DNA of 62,624 nt, from IMG/VR virus record IMGVR_UViG_3300023179_000109, positions 1 through 62,624 of that record; one strand, written 5' to 3'. The position numbers were made by a program, and so were the translations under genes. This document shows positions 41,723-49,025 of the stretch, in pieces; position 1 is the stretch's first letter; each line of letters begins with the position of its first letter. A model generated the notes under the pieces. The model saw only the letters and a program-made list of their open reading frames with translations. It was not told where the DNA came from and did not search any database. The DNA comes from a virus. Taxonomy: Duplodnaviria; Caudoviricetes.

Positions 41723-42214
41723 TTATGAAAAAAAGGATTTTTGATAATCATTCCAAACCATTTGTAATTTAGGATTTTCCCCAACTAAAGTTGGAACAAA
41801 AGGTTTTTGTCTCATTATTAATTTTGCCTCTTCAGGAGTTCTATTTCCCTTCCTTAAATTACATTTAAAACAAGATGTAACAAGATTGGTCCATTCGTTT
41901 CCACCACCTCTTGATTTGGGTATAACGTGGTCTAATGTCAAATCTTTATTTGACCCACAATACACACACTGATAATGGTCACGCTTATAGATTCTTGGCC
42001 TACTTGCCCTGATTGTCCTTGTTTTGTGTTTGATATAATTTAACAATCTGATGATTAACGGGCGTACGAATGTTTGATAGCCAGTGACAATAGGATTCTC
42101 ATCTGATTTTATAATCTCAGCTTTACCCTTGTCTACAAGTACAAATCCCCTCCTAATACTCGTAACATTTAGTGGGGTATAATCGTAATTCAAAACCAAC
42201 ACGTTACTCATCAT
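41723..42214 (-). CDS. HNH endonuclease
   Basis: [10 protein letters not shown]...[12 protein letters not shown]...[10 protein letters not shown]. Confidence 0.92.
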   Translation of the reverse strand: MMSNVLVLNYDYTPLNVTSIRRGFVLVDKGKAEIIKSDENPIVTGYQTFVRPLIIRLLNYIKHKTRTIRASRPRIYKRDHYQCVYCGSNKDLTLDHVIPKSRGGGNEWTNLVTSCFKCNLRKGNRTPEEAKLIMRQKPFVPTLVGENPKLQMVWNDYQKSFFS

Positions 42215-42254
42215 ACAAATTTTTATAAAAATAGTTTATTTTTTACTTAAAAAC

Positions 42255-42402
42255 AAAAAAGGGGTCAATTTTACTCGACCCCTTTAGATATACTACAGAT
42301 TTAGCAATAGTTTATGGTTCGAGACTGTTTAATTCTCATTACATCTACGTTCTCATACGTTGTCGTTGTTCCCAAAAGACACTGTTTATTTCTGTCAATC
42401 AT
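42255..42402 (-). promoter_or_regulatory. leader ORF (33 aa, 42402-42301) plus intrinsic terminator upstream of the HNH gene
   Basis: TATTTAT motif, MIDRNKQCLLGTTTTYENVDVMRIKQSRTINYC*, hairpin GGGGTCGA/TTGACCCC plus T6. Confidence 0.55.
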
Positions 42403-42474
42403 AATAATAAATATCAACAAAATTTTTGTAGAATCAAATTAATTATTATATTTGTCATAATAAAATTAAAATTT

Positions 42475-42753
42475 ATGCCAGATTTTACACCAGACGACAT
42501 TGAAATTCAACCCTACGAATACTTGAATGCATGTGGGCCGAGGGACATTGAAGAACTAATTAAAGAGTTAGTAGATGGGGGGTATCTTCCATCGTCAGTA
42601 TTAAAATTAAATAAAAAGAATAAGCCTGACAATGGACTCGGAAGACTTCAGTCTGATTTTGCTGAGAAGTTAGAAAAGTTGACTAAGGTTTATTATTCTT
42701 TATCAAAAGAAGATGAGCAAATTTTGGAATCACTTATTAAAAAATATATTTAA
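42475..42753 (+). CDS. hypothetical protein
   Basis: ORF after TATATTTG. Confidence 0.6.
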   Translation: MPDFTPDDIEIQPYEYLNACGPRDIEELIKELVDGGYLPSSVLKLNKKNKPDNGLGRLQSDFAEKLEKLTKVYYSLSKEDEQILESLIKKYI

Positions 42754-42762
42754 ACAAAAACC

Positions 42763-43443
42763 ATGAAAATCAAACAACTTATCCTTGCGGTGGCGGTAAC
42801 CGTAACAGTAGCATCTTGTACAAAACAGGACATTTCAACCCCTGAACAAGTTAGTCAGGTTCAAACTAACTCTGTCGCTGCAGTAAGTACAAACACAGTT
42901 CTAGAATCTACAAATGTTGCTTACATCTTTATTGAACCGAAAAATAAACAGAATCTTATTGTAAAATATCTTAAAGATTCGGTTTCTCATTCCGTTGGAA
43001 TTCCTTTCTTAGGTTTTAATATGGGTTACGGTATTTCTGCTACTAACAAAAATGATGTATTGAATTATATTAACTTAAAATATTGGTATAATGGTCAGTT
43101 ACCTCAAGTAAGAACTGTAAACATTTCCCAAACAAATTTTAAGATGGACTCTATTTCAATTGTAAACTCTTCTATCAATGATAATAGTTCTTGGGTTACA
43201 ATTTTGATTCCTGTATCTGCCATGAGTAATGATACCTACAGACAATCTCGTGTCACAATTGGTGGTACAGGTCTTAGAACCTCTGATGTCACAATGAATA
43301 GTACGATTCATGGATATACCTTTGACTACACAGGTAACTATCTTCCAAAGACAAGATATAGACTTTATACAACTTTTGTAAGTCCTACCGTAAGGTTTGA
43401 TTTAACAAAATCTGGATTTATTTACCTAAAAGGGTGTAACTAA
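42763..43443 (+). CDS. lipoprotein
   Basis: TVASC lipobox. Confidence 0.7.
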   Translation: MKIKQLILAVAVTVTVASCTKQDISTPEQVSQVQTNSVAAVSTNTVLESTNVAYIFIEPKNKQNLIVKYLKDSVSHSVGIPFLGFNMGYGISATNKNDVLNYINLKYWYNGQLPQVRTVNISQTNFKMDSISIVNSSINDNSSWVTILIPVSAMSNDTYRQSRVTIGGTGLRTSDVTMNSTIHGYTFDYTGNYLPKTRYRLYTTFVSPTVRFDLTKSGFIYLKGCN

Positions 43444-43478
43444 TTGACTTTGGAACATATTTATAATATTATTACACT

Positions 43479-43630
43479 ATGAGACATTTGAATTTAAATA
43501 CAGGAAACAGACCGACAACACCTAATGGTGATGCGGGCACTCTATGCTTAGATTCAGATACTGATGTTGGATAATTAAAAAATGAAGCCAAATATTAAAA
43601 CCCTGAATCTTGAAAGTTCGGGGTTTTTTT
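43479..43630 (+). promoter_or_regulatory. tRNA-array attenuator 1: leader peptide 43479-43574, antiterminator segment and terminator 43597-43630
   Basis: MRHLNLNTGNRPTTPNGDAGTLCLDSDTDVG*; AGATTCAG (43550-57) is complementary to CTGAATCT in the terminator 5' arm. Confidence 0.7.
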
Positions 43631-43650
43631 ATTACCTTTGTTTGAGAATT

Positions 43651-43723
43651 AGGGAAGTAGCGCAGTAGGTAGCGCACTTGGTTTGGGACCAAGGAGTCGC
43701 AGGTTCGAGCCCTGTCTTCCCTA
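43651..43723 (+). tRNA. tRNA-Pro(TGG)
   Basis: CTTGG-TTTGGGA-CCAAG anticodon arm. Confidence 0.93.
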
Positions 43724-43837
43724 CATATGAAAAAAGATATACATCCGTTTTGGAGTTTGACAACTCTATTGTTTACTTGTTTGGTGATTTTATTTTCACC
43801 ATTAATTTCTGGATTGTATCTTTGGATGTATGTTAGA

Positions 43838-43909
43838 GTCTCCTTAGCTCAGCGATAGAGCGATTCGCTGTTAACGAATAAGTCCCTGGTTTGAATCCAG
43901 GAGGGGACG
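43838..43909 (+). tRNA. tRNA-Asn(GTT)
   Basis: ATTCG-CTGTTAA-CGAAT; atypical D and T loops. Confidence 0.88.
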
Positions 43910-43914
43910 CAAAA

Positions 43915-43987
43915 GCGGGAGTAGCTCATTCGGTAGAGCGATAGCCTTCCAAGCTATAGGTGGCCAGTTCGAGCCTGGTCTCCCGCT
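43915..43987 (+). tRNA. tRNA-Gly(TCC)
   Basis: ATAGC-CTTCCAA-GCTAT. Confidence 0.95.
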
Positions 43988-44042
43988 CAAAGTGGATAAA
44001 ACGTGTAGTAACCACAGGAAAGGTACCTTTCACTACACTCCA

Positions 44043-44115
44043 GCGGAAGTAGCTCATTCGGTAGAGCACAACCTTGCCAAGGTTGGGGTGGCCAGTTCGA
44101 GCCTGGTCTTCCGCT
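44043..44115 (+). tRNA. tRNA-Gly(GCC)
   Basis: CAACC-TTGCCAA-GGTTG. Confidence 0.95.
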
Positions 44116-44230
44116 CATCTGGATACTAATGTGTAAGACAGAAGAGTATCATCGGTTGGAAACTTACATTTCACGAACCGAGGTGTGGGGACTGACCCAT
44201 CAGTTGGAATACCGCAAAGTTCCAATATTT

Positions 44231-44303
44231 GCCTCCTTAGCTCAGCAGGTAGAGCAACTGATTTGTAATCAGTAGGTCGTTGGTTCGATTCCGACAGGAG
44301 GCT
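44231..44303 (+). tRNA. tRNA-Thr(TGT)
   Basis: ACTGA-TTTGTAA-TCAGT. Confidence 0.95.
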
Positions 44304-44318
44304 CAAAAATTTTTATTT

Positions 44319-44552
44319 ATGAGTATGTTTGCGGCTTATTACGTTATATGCGTAATTTATTGTCTGTATCAATTGTTTAAAAACCTTAATAAAAGGTATA
44401 GTGATGACCCAACAGGTGCTTCACCTGAATTGGATACTATTATGGTTGTAATGATGGCTTGGGTTTTAGCACCGATTGATGTGTCTTTAACTTGGATTAG
44501 ATGGTACAAAGAGGCTGAAATTGCTAGAAGAAGACAAAATAAAGTTTTTTAA
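44319..44552 (+). CDS. small membrane protein
   Basis: true start likely MSMFAAYY after tRNA-Thr. Confidence 0.55.
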   Translation: MSMFAAYYVICVIYCLYQLFKNLNKRYSDDPTGASPELDTIMVVMMAWVLAPIDVSLTWIRWYKEAEIARRRQNKVF

Positions 44553-45130
44553 TGAATTACTCAGATACTCATAAAGTCATTTGGGCAACACCGATTAGGA
44601 CGGCGACTAGGTCTTGCAGACCAATTCAAGAATTTTTTGGATTTGATGTTGTTGGTAACCATGAATTAGAAATTCCAAAAAATAAAGAAGATTATTTTTT
44701 TGTTTTCAATACAAGAAATCCGTATACTAGAATGATTTCAATATATCATCTTTATTGTATACAATTTAAATTAGTTCCAAATAATTTTAAGATATGGATA
44801 ACAAAAAAGTTGGACGAAGAAGTGAATCTTCCCAACCAAACTTTAAATTATCAAATTTTTTTAAAGAAAAAAATTACTAAGACTCCTAATTTAATAATTA
44901 GATTAGAAAATTTGTATTCAGACGTTTTAGAACTACCATTTTTTGATAATAATTCTGACGAACTTTTTGATATATTCAATGATAATATTATTAAAAATGT
45001 TTATTCATCGGGATATGACTACAAAGAATATTATAATCAAGATTTAGCTGATTATGTTTATTCTTATTTAGAAGAAGATTTCGTATATTTTAATTACAAC
45101 AAAGACTCTTGGAAAAATGGCACACCCTAA
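44552..45130 (+). CDS. sulfotransferase family 2-like protein
   Basis: PIRTATRS (PKxA-like), RNPYTRMISIY, IIRLENL, EDFVYFNY. Confidence 0.65.
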   Translation: MNYSDTHKVIWATPIRTATRSCRPIQEFFGFDVVGNHELEIPKNKEDYFFVFNTRNPYTRMISIYHLYCIQFKLVPNNFKIWITKKLDEEVNLPNQTLNYQIFLKKKITKTPNLIIRLENLYSDVLELPFFDNNSDELFDIFNDNIIKNVYSSGYDYKEYYNQDLADYVYSYLEEDFVYFNYNKDSWKNGTP

Positions 45131-45464
45131 CGTACACGCAAAATCATCCGCCAAAAAATTCGGTGGAAAACCAGAAGACTATATCCATCTACATGAATGG
45201 TTAGATGAGACCAAAGGATGGTTTGGAGATTCTTTACACAGAATGTTTAGACATCATAGTGAAGGTATTTTTGAGATGGAAAAACGTTTTGGTCCTGAAT
45301 TCCTCAATAGTGATGGTAAAATAGTTTACACTAGATATGTTGGAGAACAACATGTTAAGGAAGATTGTAATAACTACATTCCATCCGCAAAAGAATGGGT
45401 CAATAATATTACAACAAACCAAAGACCCCAATGGATGACCAGAACACTTAAACTTGAAGACTAA
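45117..45464 (+). CDS. DUF6915-like protein
   Basis: MAHPNVHAKSSAKKFGG..EDY...HRMFRHHSEG...EQHVKED. Confidence 0.65.
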   Translation: MAHPNVHAKSSAKKFGGKPEDYIHLHEWLDETKGWFGDSLHRMFRHHSEGIFEMEKRFGPEFLNSDGKIVYTRYVGEQHVKEDCNNYIPSAKEWVNNITTNQRPQWMTRTLKLED

Positions 45465-45475
45465 TATTTATTGTT

Positions 45476-46219
45476 ATGAAAAGAAAAAAAGTGAATTCAT
45501 TTAATGTATTAACCCTTGAGGATAAACAATATCTTAGAAGAGTTTGTAGATATCTAGCATCTCTTGGAATGCAAGACGGAAGTATTGAGATGGATATTGA
45601 CAATGGTGCCGATTTTGATTTTAATGACATAGATTGGGAACATGAGGGTAGTCATTTTTCAAACAATTATAGTGCCGAAGTACCTGATGGTTTAATACCA
45701 ATATTGAAAAAAATAGGAGATTATATTCAAGAAAATGGTTTATTCCAAGAACCCGATGAAGAAGATTTAAATTACGAAAGAATTGATTTTGATATTGATT
45801 GTGAAAAATCAGAAATATCAGTAAACCATTGGTGGACATTTTACCAAAGAGGTGATGGTAATAGTATTGAATGGGATGGTGAAGAAGGAAAAGATATTTT
45901 TGAGGAATGGGAAAAAGATGGTGTTTTTGAAGACCTTGAGGTCCCAAATAATGGAATATTAACCATAAGTTACAATGGTTCTGGTGATTCAGGGTATATT
46001 GAAAGTAGTTTTAATGAAACTAATGATGGAGTACCTGCTGCGATGGAAGATTGGTGTTATAGTCAACTTGAAAATAACTTCGGTGGGTGGGAAATTAATG
46101 AAGGTTCAGATGGAGAATTTATATTTAACTTCCATGAAATGACGATTGAATTAAATCATACCTATAATGTAGAAGAAAATGCTCACGATACTATCTATGA
46201 AGAAAGTTTTGCCGAGTAA
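45476..46219 (+). CDS. acidic hypothetical protein (DUF6878-like C-terminus)
   Basis: YNGSGDSG...GWEINEGSDGEF. Confidence 0.55.
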   Translation: MKRKKVNSFNVLTLEDKQYLRRVCRYLASLGMQDGSIEMDIDNGADFDFNDIDWEHEGSHFSNNYSAEVPDGLIPILKKIGDYIQENGLFQEPDEEDLNYERIDFDIDCEKSEISVNHWWTFYQRGDGNSIEWDGEEGKDIFEEWEKDGVFEDLEVPNNGILTISYNGSGDSGYIESSFNETNDGVPAAMEDWCYSQLENNFGGWEINEGSDGEFIFNFHEMTIELNHTYNVEENAHDTIYEESFAE

Positions 46220-46260
46220 TTTTTTGATTTTCTAACTCAAATCCTTTATCTTTGTTTTAT

Positions 46261-46347
46261 ACCTTGGTGGCGAAATCGGTATACGCGCAAGACTTAAAAT
46301 CTTGTGGACAGAAAATGTCCGTGTGGGTTCAAGTCCCACCCGAGGTA
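46261..46347 (+). tRNA. tRNA-Leu(TAA)
   Basis: CAAGA-CTTAAAA-TCTTG, long variable arm. Confidence 0.95.
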
Positions 46348-46356
46348 CGTTTAATC

Positions 46357-46428
46357 GGTCCCGTAGTTAAATGGATATAACTACTCACTTCTAATGAGTA
46401 ATTCGTGGTTCGATTCCACGCGGGACTA
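46357..46428 (+). tRNA. tRNA-Arg(TCT)
   Basis: ACTCA-CTTCTAA-TGAGT. Confidence 0.93.
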
Positions 46429-46528
46429 CATATATCATATCTTCAGGTACCCGTACCGCTAACGTAGGGTTAAATAAGATACAATTTCGTGCTTGCGGGA
46501 AGTAGAATGCCTGTCTGATGTGATTAAT

Positions 46529-46609
46529 ACCCCGATGGCGTAATGGTAGCCGCGAATGCCTTAGGAGCATTTGTCGTAAGACGTGTCGGTTCGAGTCCGA
46601 CTTGGGGTA
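46529..46609 (+). tRNA. tRNA-Leu(TAG)
   Basis: AATGC-CTTAGGA-GCATT, long variable arm. Confidence 0.93.
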
Positions 46610-46649
46610 CACTTGATACTTTAATTAAAAAGTATATATTTATAATAAC

Positions 46650-46809
46650 ATGAACACTACAATGCGTCATATAGTCTTTAGTAAACAACAAGAAATTTGT
46701 TGGTATGAGACTATGCCTTGTAGTTCAGACGTGTAAATGATTTGGTAATTCCTGAAGAGAGTTATATATACAGACCCTGAACGACAGAAATGAAGTTCGG
46801 GGTTTTTTT
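46650..46809 (+). promoter_or_regulatory. tRNA-array attenuator 2: leader peptide 46650-46736, antiterminator segment and terminator 46772-46809
   Basis: MNTTMRHIVFSKQQEICWYETMPCSSDV*; GTTCAG (46723-28) is complementary to CTGAAC in the terminator 5' arm. Confidence 0.8.
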
Positions 46810-46848
46810 ATTTGGTTCTTTGAAATATTGGTTGTAAATTTGCTAAAT

Positions 46849-46920
46849 GCTCGGTTCGACTATCGGTTAGGTCATCAGGTTTTCATCCTGAAAAGACGGG
46901 TTCGATTCCCGTACCGAGTA
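46849..46920 (+). tRNA. tRNA-Glu(TTC)
   Basis: TCAGG-TTTTCAT-CCTGA. Confidence 0.93.
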
Positions 46921-47016
46921 CAAGATGATGGCATAAGAGAGGACGAATTCCGAAAGGATAAGGTTACTAATCCCTGCCGTAAACGCATTGAGAGAGTCAA
47001 TGGTGTCATCATTTAT

Positions 47017-47089
47017 AGTCTCTTAGCTCAGTTGGAAGAGTACTTGGCTTACATCCAAGGTGTCGTAGGTTCGATTCCTACAGGGACTA
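47017..47089 (+). tRNA. tRNA-Val(TAC)
   Basis: CTTGG-CTTACAT-CCAAG. Confidence 0.93.
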
Positions 47090-47099
47090 CAAAAAATGA

Positions 47100-47160
47100 C
47101 AAAGTCGGAAGTAAAACCCGTCCAAAGTCAGAAGTAAAAACAAGACAAAATCGGAAGTTA
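47100..47160 (+). repeat. three imperfect direct repeats, period 23 nt
   Basis: CAAAGTCGGAAGTAAAA / CAAAGTCAGAAGTAAAA / CAAAATCGGAAGTTA. Confidence 0.7.
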
Positions 47161-47375
47161 TGAAATATATTTTTAGAGGACATACTGTTTTTGAATATAA
47201 AGCAGATGATAAAAGGGATAAAGTAGTTCAAGGTAAAATTCATGATGCAATTCCAGCGTTTGATTTTTGTCATATGATTCCTGAGGACTATAAATTGTTA
47301 GGAGAATTTTTCAACACAGTTTATAGACACACTCAGGGAGAAGATGTACCTTTGGAAGATATTGAAGTGTATTAA
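47160..47375 (+). CDS. hypothetical protein inside the tRNA array
   Basis: ORF fills the spacer between tRNA-Val and tRNA-Phe. Confidence 0.55.
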   Translation: MKYIFRGHTVFEYKADDKRDKVVQGKIHDAIPAFDFCHMIPEDYKLLGEFFNTVYRHTQGEDVPLEDIEVY

Positions 47376-47376
47376 T

Positions 47377-47449
47377 GGTGACGTAGCTCAGTTGGTAGAG
47401 CACTTGCCTGAAGAGCAAGGTGTCGTCAGTTCGATTCTGACCGTTACCA
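47377..47449 (+). tRNA. tRNA-Phe(GAA)
   Basis: CTTGC-CTGAAGA-GCAAG. Confidence 0.93.
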
Positions 47450-47454
47450 CAACA

Positions 47455-47528
47455 GACCTTGTAGCTCAGTTGGTTAGAGCACTTCACTTTTAATGAAGGA
47501 GTCCCGAGTTCGAATCTCGGCGGGGTCA
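47455..47528 (+). tRNA. tRNA-Lys(TTT)
   Basis: CTTCA-CTTTTAA-TGAAG. Confidence 0.95.
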
Positions 47529-47543
47529 CAAAAAATATATATT

Positions 47544-47777
47544 ATGAAAGCAATACTTGAATTTAATTTACCTGACGACCAGCAAGATTTTGATTTGGCA
47601 AATAGTGGTCTCAAATTTTGGAGTGTACTATGGGAATTGGACCAGTCTTTAAGGACTAAGACAAAATATGCGTCTGATGATTTACCGAAAGATAAGTATG
47701 ATGCTTATCAAGAAATAAGGGATGAACTTCGTGAGTTAATGTCAGATAATAATCTTAGTTTTGATATGGTTAAATAA
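47544..47777 (+). CDS. hypothetical phage protein
   Basis: MKAILEFNLPDD start after tRNA-Lys. Confidence 0.6.
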   Translation: MKAILEFNLPDDQQDFDLANSGLKFWSVLWELDQSLRTKTKYASDDLPKDKYDAYQEIRDELRELMSDNNLSFDMVK

Positions 47778-47780
47778 AAA

Positions 47781-48005
47781 ATGGATATTATGGAAAGAAC
47801 ATTTAATAGTGATGATTTGTCTTGGATTGCATTCAGTTTAATAGAATATAGTCGCTCAATGGATTATGAAGGTGATTTAAGTGATTGTGGTAATGAAATT
47901 GGGAATATGGTTGGGAGTAAATATAAAAATATGACTGAGGGTGAGATTGAAGATTTTATCACAGGAATAAGACATGGGATTTCATTAACAAATGGAACCC
48001 ATTAA
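47781..48005 (+). CDS. hypothetical protein
   Basis: ORF track. Confidence 0.55.
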   Translation: MDIMERTFNSDDLSWIAFSLIEYSRSMDYEGDLSDCGNEIGNMVGSKYKNMTEGEIEDFITGIRHGISLTNGTH

Positions 48006-48010
48006 AATAA

Positions 48011-48082
48011 GGTCAGTTGGCCGAGTGGCTTAGGCGATAGTCTGCAAAACTATTTACACAGGTTCGAATCCTGTACTGACCT
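48011..48082 (+). tRNA. tRNA-Cys(GCA)
   Basis: ATAGT-CTGCAAA-ACTAT, U73. Confidence 0.94.
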
Positions 48083-48083
48083 C

Positions 48084-48203
48084 ATGAGAAAAAAACAAAT
48101 AGACCAAATGGTCAAGGCAATTAAAAAGGTGACGAAGAAAGCCTGTAAGAATAAGAAATCTGCTCGTAAGTTTCTTGTTAAGGCTGGAATTATAAAAAAG
48201 TAA
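48084..48203 (+). CDS. very basic 39-aa peptide
   Basis: MRKKQIDQMVKAIKKVTKKACKNKKSARKFLVKAGIIKK* exactly fills the Cys-Trp spacer. Confidence 0.45.
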   Translation: MRKKQIDQMVKAIKKVTKKACKNKKSARKFLVKAGIIKK

Positions 48204-48204
48204 C

Positions 48205-48277
48205 GCGTGTGTAGCTCAATTGGTAGAGTACTAGTCTCCAAAACTAGGAGTTTCAGGTTCGAGTCCTGACATGCGTG
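48205..48277 (+). tRNA. tRNA-Trp(CCA)
   Basis: CTAGT-CTCCAAA-ACTAG. Confidence 0.92.
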
Positions 48278-48423
48278 CAAAGGTTGATTGGGGAATGATA
48301 CAGGTTAGCCTGTTGGTGGCGCTCAAAAAGCATTGGCCGACTGTATCGGAGTTTAAACCATCATTAGTAATGCCAATCATAAAAGGGGTTGTCCACTGAA
48401 CCATCTTCTCCTTTCCTGTTTTT

Positions 48424-48506
48424 GGGAGTGTTGTCAATGCGGTAATTGGCACCTGACTGTAAATCAGGAGTCTTAGACTTCGGCGGTTCGAATCCGTCCA
48501 CTCTCA
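48424..48506 (+). tRNA. tRNA-Tyr(GTA)
   Basis: CCTGA-CTGTAAA-TCAGG, variable arm. Confidence 0.92.
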
Positions 48507-48513
48507 CAATTTT

Positions 48514-48587
48514 GGACTTGTAGCTCATTCGGTTAGAGCGGCACACTCATAATGTGAAGGTAATAGGTTCGATTCCTATCTGGTCCA
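48514..48587 (+). tRNA. tRNA(CAT), probably Ile2 (lysidine-modified, reads ATA)
   Basis: loop CTCATAA with an Ile2-like GGACTTGTAGCTCA body. Confidence 0.8.
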
Positions 48588-48593
48588 CAATTT

Positions 48594-48664
48594 TATCCTC
48601 TGGTGTAACGGTAACACAATTGGTTTTGGTCCAATTATTTAAGGTTCGAATCCTTAGGGGATAA
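48594..48664 (+). tRNA. tRNA-Gln(TTG)
   Basis: ATTGG-TTTTGGT-CCAAT. Confidence 0.92.
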
Positions 48665-48668
48665 CATC

Positions 48669-48740
48669 GGTTCCATAGTTTAATGGAAAAACATTTCGCT
48701 ACGGACGAAAAGAGTTGGGGTTCGAATCCCTATGGGACCT
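48669..48740 (+). tRNA. tRNA-Arg(ACG)
   Basis: TTTCG-CTACGGA-CGAAA. Confidence 0.92.
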
Positions 48741-48746
48741 CAAAAT

Positions 48747-48818
48747 TGCGGTGTAGTTCAGTGGTAGAACACTTGATTCATATCCAAGTTGTCAGAAGTT
48801 CAATTCTTCTCACCGCAA
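48747..48818 (+). tRNA. tRNA-Met(CAT)
   Basis: CTTGA-TTCATAT-CCAAG with one mismatch. Confidence 0.82.
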
Positions 48819-48823
48819 CACAT

Positions 48824-48895
48824 GGTGGCTATAGCCTAATGGTAGGGCGGAAGCTTGTGGCGCTTCATGTGAGAGTTCGATTCTCTCTAGTCACA
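48824..48895 (+). tRNA. tRNA-His(GTG)
   Basis: GAAGC-TTGTGGC-GCTTC, encoded G-1. Confidence 0.9.
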
Positions 48896-49025
48896 CAATG
48901 AGGTAGAGAAGGATTCAGTAGAAACTGATGCGGCCGTCGCACAATATCGGGGTTGGAGCACAGGGCTCCTATACGTGATGTAACCCGAGGCTAAACCCCT
49001 TTTGGGTGCTTCTACCTTATTTTAT

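Noticed and set aside
43479-46809. T-box riboswitch explanation for the tRNA-array leaders
   Set aside because: No T-box TGGNACC bulge or stem I is visible, and the leaders are short open reading frames.
46924-47013. Assignment as a twister or hammerhead ribozyme
   Set aside because: Only partial resemblance (GGTTACTAATCCC); the core consensus could not be completed by eye.
47100-47160. CRISPR mini-array
   Set aside because: Repeats are about 15-17 nt with about 6-nt linkers, far from CRISPR dimensions, and no cas genes are present.
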